Shown here piece after piece: positions 10,648 to 23,109 of a DNA stretch of 64,000 nucleotides (position 1 is its first letter; each line of letters starts with the position of its first letter). Made by a program: the position numbers and the translations under genes. The DNA lies in the NCBI GenBank assembly GCA_016618085.1, contig JABLTG010000036.1:1-64000 (forward strand), written 5' to 3'. Under the pieces are notes generated by a model. It did not search any database. It saw only the letters and a list, made by a program, of their open reading frames with translations, and was not told the DNA's origin. Source of the DNA: Neovahlkampfia damariscottae. Taxonomy: Eukaryota.

Positions 10648-12513
10648 ATGAAGCGGAAGGAAGAATTCAAAAGTTCTCCAACAAAAAAAACATGTAACAA
10701 TACCTTCATAATTTCAAATTTAAATTCAAAAATTATAAAAAATATTGACTCTTTTTCAACAAACAAAAACCTAAATTATATTAATTCAAATTGGTATACT
10801 GCTTTAAAAAAAAAAATACCTGAAATAATAGACCTCACAGAAGATGAAGAAATACTGGAAATCAACAATTCAATCGAAAGTATCAGTTCTGAGAATAATT
10901 TCACTACAATTCAATTTGATTATTTTTTCATTGATGTTATAGATGAATTTAAATGGAAGTGGATAATAGGAAAAGAATCTTTTGATGTCAATTTTAATTA
11001 TCCAGTATTTACAGTTGAAGCATTTATAACCTTACTGAATCACGCTCAAAAAAATCCACAAATCCTAAAAAACAGTAGACTTATTTCTCTTAAACAGATG
11101 TTTCTAATTCTCAATCCATTCATAACTTGTTGCTGTACATCACTAGAAGAAGTCAAATATTTCATTGAAACAACTTATTCAATTTTACAAAAAGACGAAC
11201 AGTTTGATGATATATTTTTAGGAATAGAAGAATTTAAAATATATCCAAGTTACGAATTTGAAAAACAAACAAACTTTTCAATTTTCAATTTTTGCGTGGA
11301 ATCTTTAGCGAAAAAAATAATTTCATTGGAAGATGGAGATTACGTTGGAGAAGTTGATGAAGATGAATTACCAAATGGAAAAGGAACTTGGTTGAGTGAT
11401 GGAGATCTCACAGAAAATTATTATGGATTTTGGTTGAATGGTTTGAAACATGGTTACGGAAAATATCAAAATCAAACATTGGTTTATGTTGGTGATTTTG
11501 AAAATGATACATTCCATGGAGAAGGTAGATTAGTCAATACAAAAGGTACTAAGAAAGGACATAATTATATTGGCTCTTTTATTAAAGGACAAAGAGAAGG
11601 AACAGGAGTTCAATATCTTAGTGGAAAATCTTATTATCGAGGAGGATTCAAAGCAAACAAAAGACATGGATCAGGTGAATATTTTGATCAAACAGATTGG
11701 AGATATGGAGAATGGAAATGTAATTTATTCTGTGATGGTATTGGTCAGTTTTTTGATCAAGAAGAAAAACAAAGATACGCATTGAAATATCAAAATTTTG
11801 AAGAATTCAATAAAAGATGCTTAATACCAAATATAAAGGAAAAGGAAGAAGAACATTTAGGTCCATTGATGTCAAAGAGAACAATTTATAATGGATATTA
11901 TTTTAGAAGTAGATTAGAAGCTAGATGGGGATTGTTTTTTGATTTTTTACAAATAAGATATCTTTATGAACCAAAATCATTCAATATGCCAAATAATACA
12001 ACTTATACACCAGATTTCTATTTACCAGATTTAAATATATGGATTGAAATTAAACCTGTTTATCCAACTGAAGAAGAAAGATATAGAGCAAAAGAATTGA
12101 TTCATCTGGCTATTTTTGACAGTTCAAGAGTTTTTTTATTTTATGGAAATGTTGCTGCTCCTTTTTTGAATAAATTTAATGAAGGTGCAAAAGGTATTGA
12201 GTTCAAATCTGATTCAACAGAAATTGAGCCTGTTTCTTGGTGTGAGGTATTGATTTTTCTTTGAATATTCAATTTTTTTGAACAGTGTGATAAATGTGGT
12301 AAAATATTACCTGAATTACGTGGACAACCAAAATGTCATTTAGATTCAAAGGATTCAATCATTCCATCTAATTTATTAAAACAAGCCTATAAATATGCTA
12401 ATTCGATTGATTTTGAAAATGATGCAATTCCTGTGACCATTGATGACTCATGTGTAAAATTACCAGAATTTAAAAAAAGAGGAAAATTACAAATAAAATC
12501 AAAGTACTTTTAA
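10648..12513 (+). CDS. MORN-repeat protein with C-terminal PD-(D/E)XK nuclease-like domain
   Basis: About 5 MORN repeats (YYGFWLNGLKHGYG, YVGDFENDTFHGEG...); FRSRLEARW...YEP...YTPDFYLP...WIEIKP; intron 12247-12285 extends the protein to TAA 12511-12513. Confidence 0.8.
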
Positions 12514-12560
12514 TAAAAACGAATTGATTGGTTTATTTTTTCATCCAATTAAATTTTTCC

Positions 12561-13329
12561 ATGTCTGAAGAAAAAAAGGAAGAAAAAAAAGAAGAAACAA
12601 CTGGATTTTCATTTTTATCAAGTGACTCAAAGGATTCTACTGGTGGATTTTCATTTTTATCATCTGATTCAACTACAGGAACAGGTGGTTTCACTTTTTT
12701 TGGATCTGACCAAAATACAACTTCAGAAGAAAAAACAGAAGAAAAAGAAGAAGGAGATGCATCAGTTGAAGAAGAATGTAAAGCAACATTTAAACCTTTG
12801 GTTGACCTTGAAAAATTACCAGAAATTGAAGTTAAAACAAATGAAGAAGATGAAGAAATTTATTATTCTGTGTAAAAAAAAAAAGTGTTTTTTTTAACAA
12901 TTTCTTTAGAAAAGCAAAATTATATCGTTTTGTCTCAGAAACATCTGAATGGAAAGTAAAAAGAGGAATTATTTATTTTTTTTTTTTTTTAGGAAAGAGG
13001 ATTTGGAATTTTGAAATTTTTAAAACATAAAGATACAAAAAAAATAAGAATTTTAATGAGACGTGATAAAACACTCAAAATTTGTGCTAACCACTACAGT
13101 AATATTTTCAGTTTTTAATATTTATTTATTATTAATAGTCAACTCTTCACTTAAAATAGAACCAAATGTTGGAAGTGATCGTTCATGGGTTTATACAACA
13201 CCTGATTTTGCAGAAGAAGAACAAACTACAGAAACATTCGCAGTTAAACTTGGAAATGTTGATTCAGCAAAAGAGTTCAAAGCTAAATTTGAAGAAGCGC
13301 AAAAAGAAATGAAAGAATTAAATCATTAA
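12561..13329 (+). CDS. Ran-binding-domain protein (RanBP1-like) with N-terminal FxF repeats
   Basis: [44 protein letters not shown]; three introns. Confidence 0.92.
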
Positions 13330-13575
13330 AAATTTTTTTATTTTTTTAACATGGAAATGTCATGAACATTCAACTAACGAAGTTTATCGTTGATTCGATC
13401 AAAAAACTTGATCTTTTAAATAAACCTGTACTCTCAGTTCAATAAAAATTAGGTAAGTTGTTCTTGAAGCTGAATGGAACAATTTAAAAATTATAAACTG
13501 CAACTTGACTTCTTGAAATTTATCTAATAGAAATAATTCCACTTATCAAAAGAAATTTAAAAATTTTCAAAAATT

Positions 13576-16500
13576 TTATTTTGGGAATTTGATGTTTTGT
13601 TTTTTAAGTTTAGCAGCTAAAGATTCTTTTTTAATATCTTTTTGTATTTTAACAGCTTTTTGCGTAAAAACTTGTAACCATTGAGATGATTCCAAAACTC
13701 TAACATGTTGTTGGTCTAATTTTGATGACAAAATTTTAAAATTTTTTTTTTCATATTCCAATGCAATTTTTGGGTTTACCATTGAATATAACAATGCCAT
13801 TGAATGATAATTGGATGCTGTTTGAATATGATCAAAACCTAAAACTCTTTCGTTCATTGAAATTGCCTTTTCCATATACACCAATGCTTTTTGAATATCA
13901 TTTAATTCTTGATACATTGAAGCAATATTAGCAAGAATTATTGCAGTATCAGGATGATCAGAACCATTAATTAAATCATTAATATATTTTGCTCTTAAGA
14001 AATGTTTTAAAGCAAATTCAGGTTGATTAAAAGTATGACATAATAATCCTAATAATTGATAAAGATTTGATTGAAGAGCTGAATCATTACCAAATATTCT
14101 TCTACAAATGATTAATGATTTATGTTGATGTAATATTGCAGAAATGATATCATTTGAATTGAGTAAAATATTACCTAAATGACTGAAACATGTCGCTACT
14201 TCTTTGTTCATTGGACCTTGAATTTGTTGAAACATGATCATTGATTGGGTTAAAAATTCAAAACTAGCTTCCAATTGACCCATTAACATTTGTTGTTTTC
14301 CAAGTTCTAAAAATCCAGCTGCATCTAAACTTTTTGGTGTTGAATGTTTAACACATGCTTCTAAACTTAAAATATTTTCAGGAGCGAATGGCGTTTTAGA
14401 TTCAAAATTATAGTCTTTTGATTGTATTTTCAAACCAACTTTTATACAAAAATTACGTAAAGTTGATAATTTTATAAAATTGAATGATTTTTCAAGATTA
14501 TATGAATATTTTTCTTTGACTAATTTAATCATTAAACTCAATTTTTTCTTTTGATTTTCTGATTTTGTTCCAAAAATAGAATTCAAATATTTTACGATAA
14601 CATTCATCAAATCAATTTGATTGGTTTTTCTTAAAGTTGATCTAAAATCTTGTTTTAAACTTCTAACGAACATTTCTTGTTCACATAACATATGAATATG
14701 TGGTATATTATTACATAAAGTTGCAATTTTACCTAAATATCTCATATTGATTCCTCTTTCATGTAAATTTTCAGTCAATGAAAATCCATCAAGTGGAATT
14801 GACTCTAAATTTTTGAATTCTTCAACTAATCCTGGAATTACAACTTTAGTCAAATGTTCTGATAATTCAAGTATTTCATTTTCATCTTTTTCAATTGTTT
14901 CTTTATCTTTTCCAAGTTTTGTTTTAGTGAATGAATCAACATTATATGAGAATTTTCTAACTTCTTTTTTAATTCTTTCTTCTTCTGATTCAATTTTCTC
15001 TTCTTCAACAGATTTAGTTTCTTCTTTGATTTCAATTTTTGGTTCTTCTATTTTTGTTTCTTGTTTTTCTTCTCCTTCTTTTAATTCTTGTTTTTCTTCT
15101 CCTTCTTGTTTTGTTTCTTGTTTTTCTTCTTCAATTTGTTTTTTTGCAGCTTTTTCTTGTTCTTCTTTAACAGCTCCAAAGAAATCCATTGTATATTGAC
15201 GTTTAATCAAAGATCTAATCAATTCTTTTCTAAAAACTGCTGTATTGTCTTCTTTATATTCTGGATCTCTTGGTGTTGTTCTTGCTAAATCAAGAACATA
15301 AAATCTATCATCTGAACCTTGAACACCTTTTAATTCTGAAGGTCCAAATATTTTGAATTCTCTTTCTTGTTCATCAACAACTGTATGTTCTTTGAGATGG
15401 ATTTTTTCTGCAACTTGCTTAATTAATTCATGATACTTTTCATTGATTGAAAATGTTTTTTCTTCTTCTATTTCTAATTCATTTCCAATTGCTCCATAAA
15501 CTTGTTTTGATGCTTGATCACCTGTTAAGATACCAGGAATTACAGATTGACAAATGACTCTATAACCTCTGTAATCAACAACTGCAGTAGCAACTGTGTT
15601 AATACCTTTAACATCCTTTTGAAAAAAAGTAAAAAAAAATTGATTTGTTTTACAGCTTCATTGAATGCGATTACACCTTTTAAATCATGTGATGCATTTC
15701 TATGTGCTTCTTGTGTCCAAGCAACCTTTTTTGGAAAATATTTAAAATTTAGATTTTGGTTTTACAGTTTTTGAGTCAACAGCGAAACTGTAGAAGATAT
15801 TATTTTGTAAAAAGACTTGTGCAGCAAAAGGTTCATTTGGATTGATAGGATTGATGCAATTATCAACAACGTTCCTTTTGAAAAAAAAAATTAAAAAAAT
15901 TAAAAGTCAAACTTTGCTCCTTGAGTTGCAGCTTCAACAAAATCACAATGAATTTTGAATAATGATCTATCTCTCATTGTTTTTTCTTCTGAAGTAGTTG
16001 ATGGTAATTCTTTACAACCTTGGTATTCTTCATTCCATTCTCTAAGTTGACTTTTTGGACTAATTTGTTAATCATACTGAAAAAGAACTTACTCAACTCC
16101 TAACATTTTGAAATATGAATCTTCTGATCTACTTTGATTAAAAGTGTGATAATGAATTGGTTCTGTCCATTTGTTTGGTTTAAATGGAATTGAAGTGACT
16201 TCATATGGATGTTTTTGAATTCTTGTTTTAAGTAAACTCGGAAAAACAGTTTGAAATTGTTTGCTAATCTAATGAAGAAAGTTTATGAAAAAAAATTTTT
16301 TTTTTACCTTAAAAAGTAAACCTGCAAGTGTTTGACTTTGGTGACCTTTTTTGACTGGATTTGGGTCAAAAATTGAGTCTGTTGATCCATTAACAAAGAA
16401 TCCATTTGGTGTTGCGGTAATATGAAAAGTTTTGTTTTCTAAAGTTTCAATAACCAAGTAAAACAAATCTCCTAAAAAAAAAATGTTAAAATTTAAAAAA

Positions 16501-17281
16501 TTAAAGAACCAAATAATTTTCTATTATTAGGTGCTGGATTCCATCCAGAAAAACCAATTCTTTTGAGGCACATTGGAAGTTTTGGTGAATTTGATAATTT
16601 TTCCAAAGCAGTTAAAGAAAAGTTATCAGCATGGAATTCAATTCTTGAATCAATTTTATGTTTAGAATCTTCTGTATAATCACAATCTAAAGCAGCATTT
16701 AATTCTGGATATGGATCAATTCTAAGAGCTTGTCCAAAAGATGGATATCCATTTTCAGGTTTTGTAGCTAATTCTGTAATATTTCCATTTGAAAGATATA
16801 AATCATCAATAGTAGATTCTAAAATTTCTCTAAAACGATAGTAATGTAATCTTGCTGTTTTATCATCATAAGGAACTTTCAAAATTGAAAATTAAACAAC
16901 AATGAGTCTTACGAAATTTCATGTTGATTATACTCTTTGGTTTTACTTCTGGATATAAAGAAAGATCTTTATATTCTTCAAGTATCATTCCATCAATAGT
17001 GAGGTCAAAATTTGTAATGTAACAACATTCAGCGGATTCAATTAAACTTTGTTTGATTTCAATATTTGAATCTTGTCTTGATACGCTTAATTGTATTTTT
17101 GAACCTGTAAGAGTTTGTGCTACAATATCAAAACCATTTTCTAAACAAAAAAAAAAATTAACACTTGTTGTTTTTGTTTACCTTCTTGTTGAGGTTCATT
17201 ATTGTCTGTAGTCTCATTTAATTCTTCAGTTGTTTCTATTTTCTCGTTTGAAGGAGTTATTGTTTCTGTTTGTGTTTCCAT
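13576..17281 (-). CDS. CLU1: Clustered mitochondria protein CLU1/CLUH (Clu domain plus TPR)
   Basis: FSGWNPAP, GDLFYL, RDWNEEYQ-like, VDYRGYRVICQSVIPGI, DDRFYVLDLARTTPRD, LHERGINMRYLG, C-terminal TPRs; about 8 introns. Confidence 0.93.
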
Positions 17282-17469
17282 TCCTTCGTCTTCAAAATTT
17301 TGGCAGAATATTCAACCTTTATGATTGGGCAACGCTCTTCCAAAAATGAACAATTTTTATTCTTTTTTCTATTTATGTTAGAGATGATATTTTTTTTAAA
17401 AATAAATCATTTTAAGAGTAGATTCAAATTTGTTTTCTCTTGTCCAATCAAAAACTATTATTTTCAAGG

Positions 17470-18681
17470 ATGAACTACGAGGAGAACAAAATTCTGAAAG
17501 GATTTGCCTTAAAACATCGCAAAAGAACATCAATACAGCACTGGTATTAAAAATATTCTTTTAAAAGTGTTAAGGCAATTACGAGATTTAATTCATGAAT
17601 CAACCAACGATGGAGAAGTCTTTTGTTTATTTCAGAATAATATATCAACTTATAATTTTAAATACCAAAAGGTAATTATTATAATATTAAAAATTTTAGA
17701 CAAAATCAATTTGTTCTTTAGATTTTCAACCAGTGAGGTTTGTTTAAAAAGATTCACTTTAAAAATTAAGTTTTGCAGGTTTTTTTATTTTTTTTTATTA
17801 ATTTTCAAGTTTCTGGTAATTATTTGGCAGCTGGTGGTCAAGAATGCCAACTTTTTGTTCAAGATTTATCAACTCAAAAGTAACTAACTTTTTTATTTTA
17901 CCCTTCTCAAGAATTATTCAAAACGCCTACACTGGAAGTTCAATAAATAATGGATGTCTTATTTCAGAAAAAGAAATAGATTCAAAACTGTTTGTTTCAA
18001 ACAATGATTGCAAAATTAGAAGTAAAAACTAAAACAAAAATTTTAACTCTCACTTTTAAAGTTTTTTCTTTACCAACAATGGATTCCATTCATGAATTAG
18101 ACGTAGAAGTACCTGTAAATTATACATGTATCAGCTCAGATTCCAGATTTTTATGTGCTGCTTCAGATTCAAATTATCTTTCAATTTTTGATGGACGAAA
18201 TTCTTACAAACAAATTACAAAACTGAAAGACTTTAAAGACGGATGCTTTTCATGTTGCTTTGATCCAACGTAAGTTTTTATTTTTTTCAAAATTTCAACT
18301 TGAAAAAGTGATACATATCTTGCAGCAACATCACAAGATGGATCAACATCCATTTTCGACGTCAGAACAATGAAGAAATTAAAAAAATTCCAATCCAAAC
18401 AAAATCAATTAAAGGGTTCTTGTAGAGCTGTAAAATTCTCAAAAACTGCAGGAATCGATTTAATGGTATTTGCAGAACATTGTTCATATTTTCATGTTAT
18501 TGATACAAGAAATTTCAATGATGAACAAATCATCAGAGTTCAAGAAGGTGATAAAAATATAACTGGGTTATCATTTGATATAAATGGTAAAAATTTATAT
18601 GTTGGTGTTGAAGAATGCATCTATGAATATGAAATTGACCAATTGAAAAGAAGAACATTCTCTTATGGCGAATTAATTTAA
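17470..18681 (+). CDS. WD40-repeat protein, DUF2415/C2A9.03-like
   Basis: Spliced SIQHWQLRDLI, LAAGGQ, CRAVKFS...DLMVFAEH; many introns with an 8-nt micro-exon at 17771-17778. Confidence 0.85.
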
Positions 18682-18687
18682 AAATTT

Positions 18688-20649
18688 TTATTTCTTCTTT
18701 TTCAAAGATTTCTTTTTTGTAACTGTTTTTTTTGCATTTTTTGATCTTCTAGTTAAAATTTCTCTTGTCATATCTGCCATTGATTCTCTATTCAAATTCA
18801 AATTATCAAGAAATTCAGTTTTATCTTTTTCAATTTCATCTTGCATGAGAATTTTCATCATTTCAGGATCTGTTTTTAATTCATCCAAAATTTTATCTAA
18901 TTCGTCTTTATCTGACAGGATTCTTTTTGCCTCCGCTAAAACTTGTTCTTGAACATCGTTTGTTGGTTCATATGAAGCAACTAATTTTTGATATTGTTTA
19001 TCATCTTTTGTGTGTTGTTTTAAGTACAATTCAAATGCTTCATTTTCTTGAGTACTTGATTGAAATGTTGTTCCTTTTTGGAAATTCTCAAATTTGAATT
19101 CTCTCAAATACTTCAAATGAATTTGATCAAGTTCATGATCTTTATCTGAAGAATCTAATATATCATCACCTAAAATTTCACTCCATTGTTTAATTTCTTT
19201 TGAAATAATTGATTCATCCAAGTTTTCATTTTTCAAAATACTTATTGATTCATTTAACATTTCTGCACTTTTTTCCTTTTCACCTTTCTTTTGTAAAAGT
19301 AAACTCATATATAATCTCATTTTTTCTCTTTGTAAGATATCTTTCATTTTGTCATAAAGGTGAAATGACTTTTCAAAAAATTGATTTGCAAAAATCAATT
19401 GGTCATTTCTCAAGAAATGAATTCCAAAATTTTCATAATAAGCAGCCATAATTTCATTATCTGATTCAAATTTAAAAACAACTTCTTCAATTTCTTTTCT
19501 TAAAAATTCTGATTCTCTTTTTTTACTTAAAAGGTCCAATGAGTGCATCAATGAATAAGAAGTTTCTATCCAGTTCAAATTCTCTTTTCCTTCAAGTCTT
19601 TCTGTAATTACACTTGAATTCTTCAAATATGAATAAGATTCTTCAGGTTTCATATGTAAATAAATTTGACCTAAAATTTTCATCGCTTTAGCAATTTTAA
19701 TTTCATAATGAGGATTTTCTTCAATTGTTTCTTTATCCAATTTTGAAAAGATTACAATGGCTTCTTTTGCTAAATCCCTACTTTCATATTTATTTATATT
19801 GACCAATGTTTCTGAAATATCAACAAGAATCATACCTGAAATTGGAGATGATTTTCCGTATAGCTCTTTGGAATACTTATAAGCTTCATTATAATATTCA
19901 GATGCTTCTTTTTTGAATCCTTTTTCATCATGAAGTGATCCCAATTTTCTATTAATGATGATATATTTTTGAAAATTTTCTTTTTGATAATCAGATTCTC
20001 CTAAATCAATTTCTTTCAATTTTGAAGTTAAAATTTCTTTTGCAACTTTAAATCTCTTTTCTACTGAAAATTCTTCAACAATTTGTTCCAATGATTTTGT
20101 TGAATCATTCAAGTGTAAATCTATTTGATTTTGTTCGTTTAAATTGATATTTTGAAAATAAGTTATCAAAAACATTAATAAGTGAATTGCTTTTTCATCT
20201 TTTGATGTGTCAAACGATAAATTTTCAATTTCTAAATCTTTAACTGCATTTTTAATTGAAATTATTTCTGATAGGTCATTATAACAATCATCAAAGTTGT
20301 TTAAAAATAAATTATTTCTTGCACTTTGTTCATATAAATCAATGAGATTGATATGTTTTTCTCCAGAGTTTTTTATGGTAATTTCTATTACTCTATCAAG
20401 AAATTTCTTTGAATTTTCAAAGTCTTGAATTCTGAAATATAATTCAGCAGTCTCTTTTAATTTTGCATATACCTTTTTTGAGCTTTCTGGATCTTTGAGT
20501 TTGGCTGTTTTATTGTAAACTAAAATTTCTGAAGCATTCACTTTAATTTTGTTCAAAATGACTTCTTTTTCAAGATTTAGATTAAAGTTAGAGGTGTGAA
20601 TTCTGTTAAAGAGTTGAAAAACTTGTTTTTTTGGTTTAAAATTCTTCAT
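18688..20649 (-). CDS. TPR-repeat protein, possible mitochondrial presequence
   Basis: Helical TPR-like repeats (e.g. LGSLHDEKGFKKEASEYYNEAY); basic, acid-free N-terminus. Confidence 0.65.
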   Translation of the reverse strand: MKNFKPKKQVFQLFNRIHTSNFNLNLEKEVILNKIKVNASEILVYNKTAKLKDPESSKKVYAKLKETAELYFRIQDFENSKKFLDRVIEITIKNSGEKHINLIDLYEQSARNNLFLNNFDDCYNDLSEIISIKNAVKDLEIENLSFDTSKDEKAIHLLMFLITYFQNINLNEQNQIDLHLNDSTKSLEQIVEEFSVEKRFKVAKEILTSKLKEIDLGESDYQKENFQKYIIINRKLGSLHDEKGFKKEASEYYNEAYKYSKELYGKSSPISGMILVDISETLVNINKYESRDLAKEAIVIFSKLDKETIEENPHYEIKIAKAMKILGQIYLHMKPEESYSYLKNSSVITERLEGKENLNWIETSYSLMHSLDLLSKKRESEFLRKEIEEVVFKFESDNEIMAAYYENFGIHFLRNDQLIFANQFFEKSFHLYDKMKDILQREKMRLYMSLLLQKKGEKEKSAEMLNESISILKNENLDESIISKEIKQWSEILGDDILDSSDKDHELDQIHLKYLREFKFENFQKGTTFQSSTQENEAFELYLKQHTKDDKQYQKLVASYEPTNDVQEQVLAEAKRILSDKDELDKILDELKTDPEMMKILMQDEIEKDKTEFLDNLNLNRESMADMTREILTRRSKNAKKTVTKKKSLKKKK

Positions 20650-20824
20650 CAACAAAACTTTTGAATAATAGTAGAATTTGATTGGACAAAGAATTCTGGA
20701 TGAATATTTGTTGTTTAAAAGAACTTATAGATTGTTGAAATTGATGTAGTGTAACTAATGTTATTAAAACCAAAACTTATGGTCCAATCATTTGATTTTT
20801 CTTCCAATTAGTTTCATTGAAAAA

Positions 20825-22450
20825 ATGAAGAGAAGAGTTTCAGAAGAAAATGATTCAGCCATAAAATCACTAAAATCAAGAGAAGACTCGAATGATGAGA
20901 GCAAATACAAAAAATTCAAAAAGATAAAATATTCACAACTGGAAAATAACCCTTTTTTTGAAACTAATTTCGACATCAAACACAAGAACGTTCAAGTAAA
21001 ATTATATGTAAACTAATTTTTTTTATAGTTAGAAGATGAAGTATTTTTCATCACTGAAGGATATCAAAAGTACATTAATAATTTCAAGGCAAAGTATCCA
21101 AGAGCTTTTACGAAATATATGCCAAAAAATGCAACACCAAAAAATCAAATCTACCACTGTACTGTTGAAAGTAAGATTTCATAAATTTTAAATAATTCAA
21201 AACAAAGAAATTGAATATTTTTTTATCAATGAAATTGATTTTTACACAAAAATCCGATTGAAAAGTATCAAAAATAATCCAAAAATGAAAATTGATGTGA
21301 TCTTATTTTCTTTTTCAAATGATTATCAATCATTTTTAATTTTGAAAAGTTTGTATGAACATTCAGAGAAATATGTGAACTCTTTAAAATTGAATGATAA
21401 AATTAACGCTTATATTAGTGAAAACTATGATGAAGTACCAATGGAATTTCGTATTGTGAAAATAAATTCAAATAAAATCTGGGAAAGTGTGACATGTAAA
21501 TTAGATGATTCAGAACACATCATTTCCTTTTGGGACATTATTCACGAAATCGAATTAAAAACTAATTTTAATGTTAAAAAGGAATCTATTTATTATCAAA
21601 AACTGAATCAATTTTATCAATCCTTGGATGAGAATACAATCGAAAATTTATCATCAACTTCGAAGATATTTCCATACCAAATTAATTTATCAATAATTTT
21701 AAAAAGGTTAAAGAATCATTATTATAGATGTATAAATTCATTTAAATTTGATTTTGAACATTTTTTAAAAATATCAAATTCATACATTGATGAATACAAA
21801 CAACTGTCAAAAATCTTCAAAGACATTTTTGAAATTGACCAAGATGACATATCAGATGAAGAACATGAAGATTTTGAATGTGATTGTATCAAAGAATGTA
21901 ATATGAATTGTATTAATGTCATCAGTGTAATGTCTAATTTTTATTTAATTTCCAAATTTAGAGAATTGAATGTCCATTGAATTGTAAAAACAAAGAAAAC
22001 TGCAAAAACCAAAATTTCAAAAGAAAATTGAATAAAAAAGTTGAAATTAAACAAACTACTGATAAAGGTAATGGTATGTTTGCTATGGAATCAATACCAA
22101 AAAATTCATTTATCATTGAATATTCAGGATTTATGATTAATGAAGAATCATTTGAAGAAAAAAAAGAAAAGTTATTAAAGGACAATACAACTCATTTAAA
22201 CTTCTATTTCATGAGAATTAAAAAAAATTTAGTTATTGACGCTTCGATCAATGGAAGTGATGCAAAATATATCAATCATTCATGCAATCCAAATTGTGAA
22301 ACACAATATTGGATAGTGGATAATCAACAAAGAATTGGAATATTCTCAATAAGAGATATCAAAATTGGAGAGGAATTGTCTTATGATTATCGAGGTGGAT
22401 TTGGTCAAAAATGTTATTGCCAATCAGAAAAGTGCAGAGGCGTATTATAA
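20825..22450 (+). CDS. BRWD/PHIP-like Tudor-bromo module fused to AWS-SET-postSET histone methyltransferase
   Basis: DEVFFITEGY, WESV...ISFWD, YQINLSIILKRLKNHYYR; intron 21928-21961 joins the AWS (CINVISRIEC..C..C.NQ) to the SET domain (KGNG, IIEYSG, KYINHSCNPN, GEELSYDY, CYCQSEKCRGVL). Confidence 0.8.
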
Positions 22451-22469
22451 AAAATAATAAATTTTTATT

Positions 22470-23077
22470 TTAAAATCCTAATTTTTTTAATGCGTCATTG
22501 AAATGTTTTTCTCCTTCTAATTTGGAAAACCATTTTGAAATGTTTGAATAATTTTCAAGTTTTTCTTTATTTGGATAAATCAAACACCAAGCAACGATGT
22601 CAGCAAGTGAAAGTTTTTCCTTTTAAAAAAATTGGTTTGAATTTTTTTTTTTTTTTTTACTCCAACCAAAAAGTCATTTTCTAAAGTTTTGTCAAAAGAT
22701 TTGAAGTCATCTTCTGTTAATGCGGACTCAAATTTTCCAAATTTTTCTAAAAATTCTTCAACTAAAATTCCTTCCGTGTCATTTGGAATTAAATTCATTT
22801 TCTTTTGTTTCAAAGAAAGAAATCTAAAGATTTTAAAAAATATTTTTGTTTTTTACTTGCACATGGAAACTGGTTCAAACAAAACATTACCTTTATCAAG
22901 ATCAAAAACTGGAAAAGTTCCAAAAACACTTTTTTTCTTTTCATCTTTGGTAATTTCAACACCAAATTTTACACCAGTTAAATTTCCAGTGACTAAAACA
23001 AACAAAGCTTGAACATTTTTTTCATCAGTTATTAACCTTATTGAAGTTAGAAAACTCAATTCTTTTCGTTACTTCAT
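22470..23077 (-). CDS. Stand-alone GST-like domain protein (EF1-gamma / aminoacyl-tRNA-synthetase cofactor type)
   Basis: FGTFPVF...LFEP, FLVGEKLSLADI, NISKWF; 5-nt first coding exon; three introns. Confidence 0.7.
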
Positions 23078-23109
23078 CCTGCTAATTGAGACCTAATTTG
23101 ATTGGACAA

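Noticed and set aside
13450..13462. U1 snRNA 5' end (ACTTACCT on the minus strand)
   Set aside because: Only the 8-mer matches; no U1 stem-loops are evident
14747..15288. Ser/Phe-rich antisense ORFs (also 37570-37932, 42288-43342, 47848-48607)
   Set aside because: Shadow frames of Glu/Lys-rich coding sequence on the opposite strand
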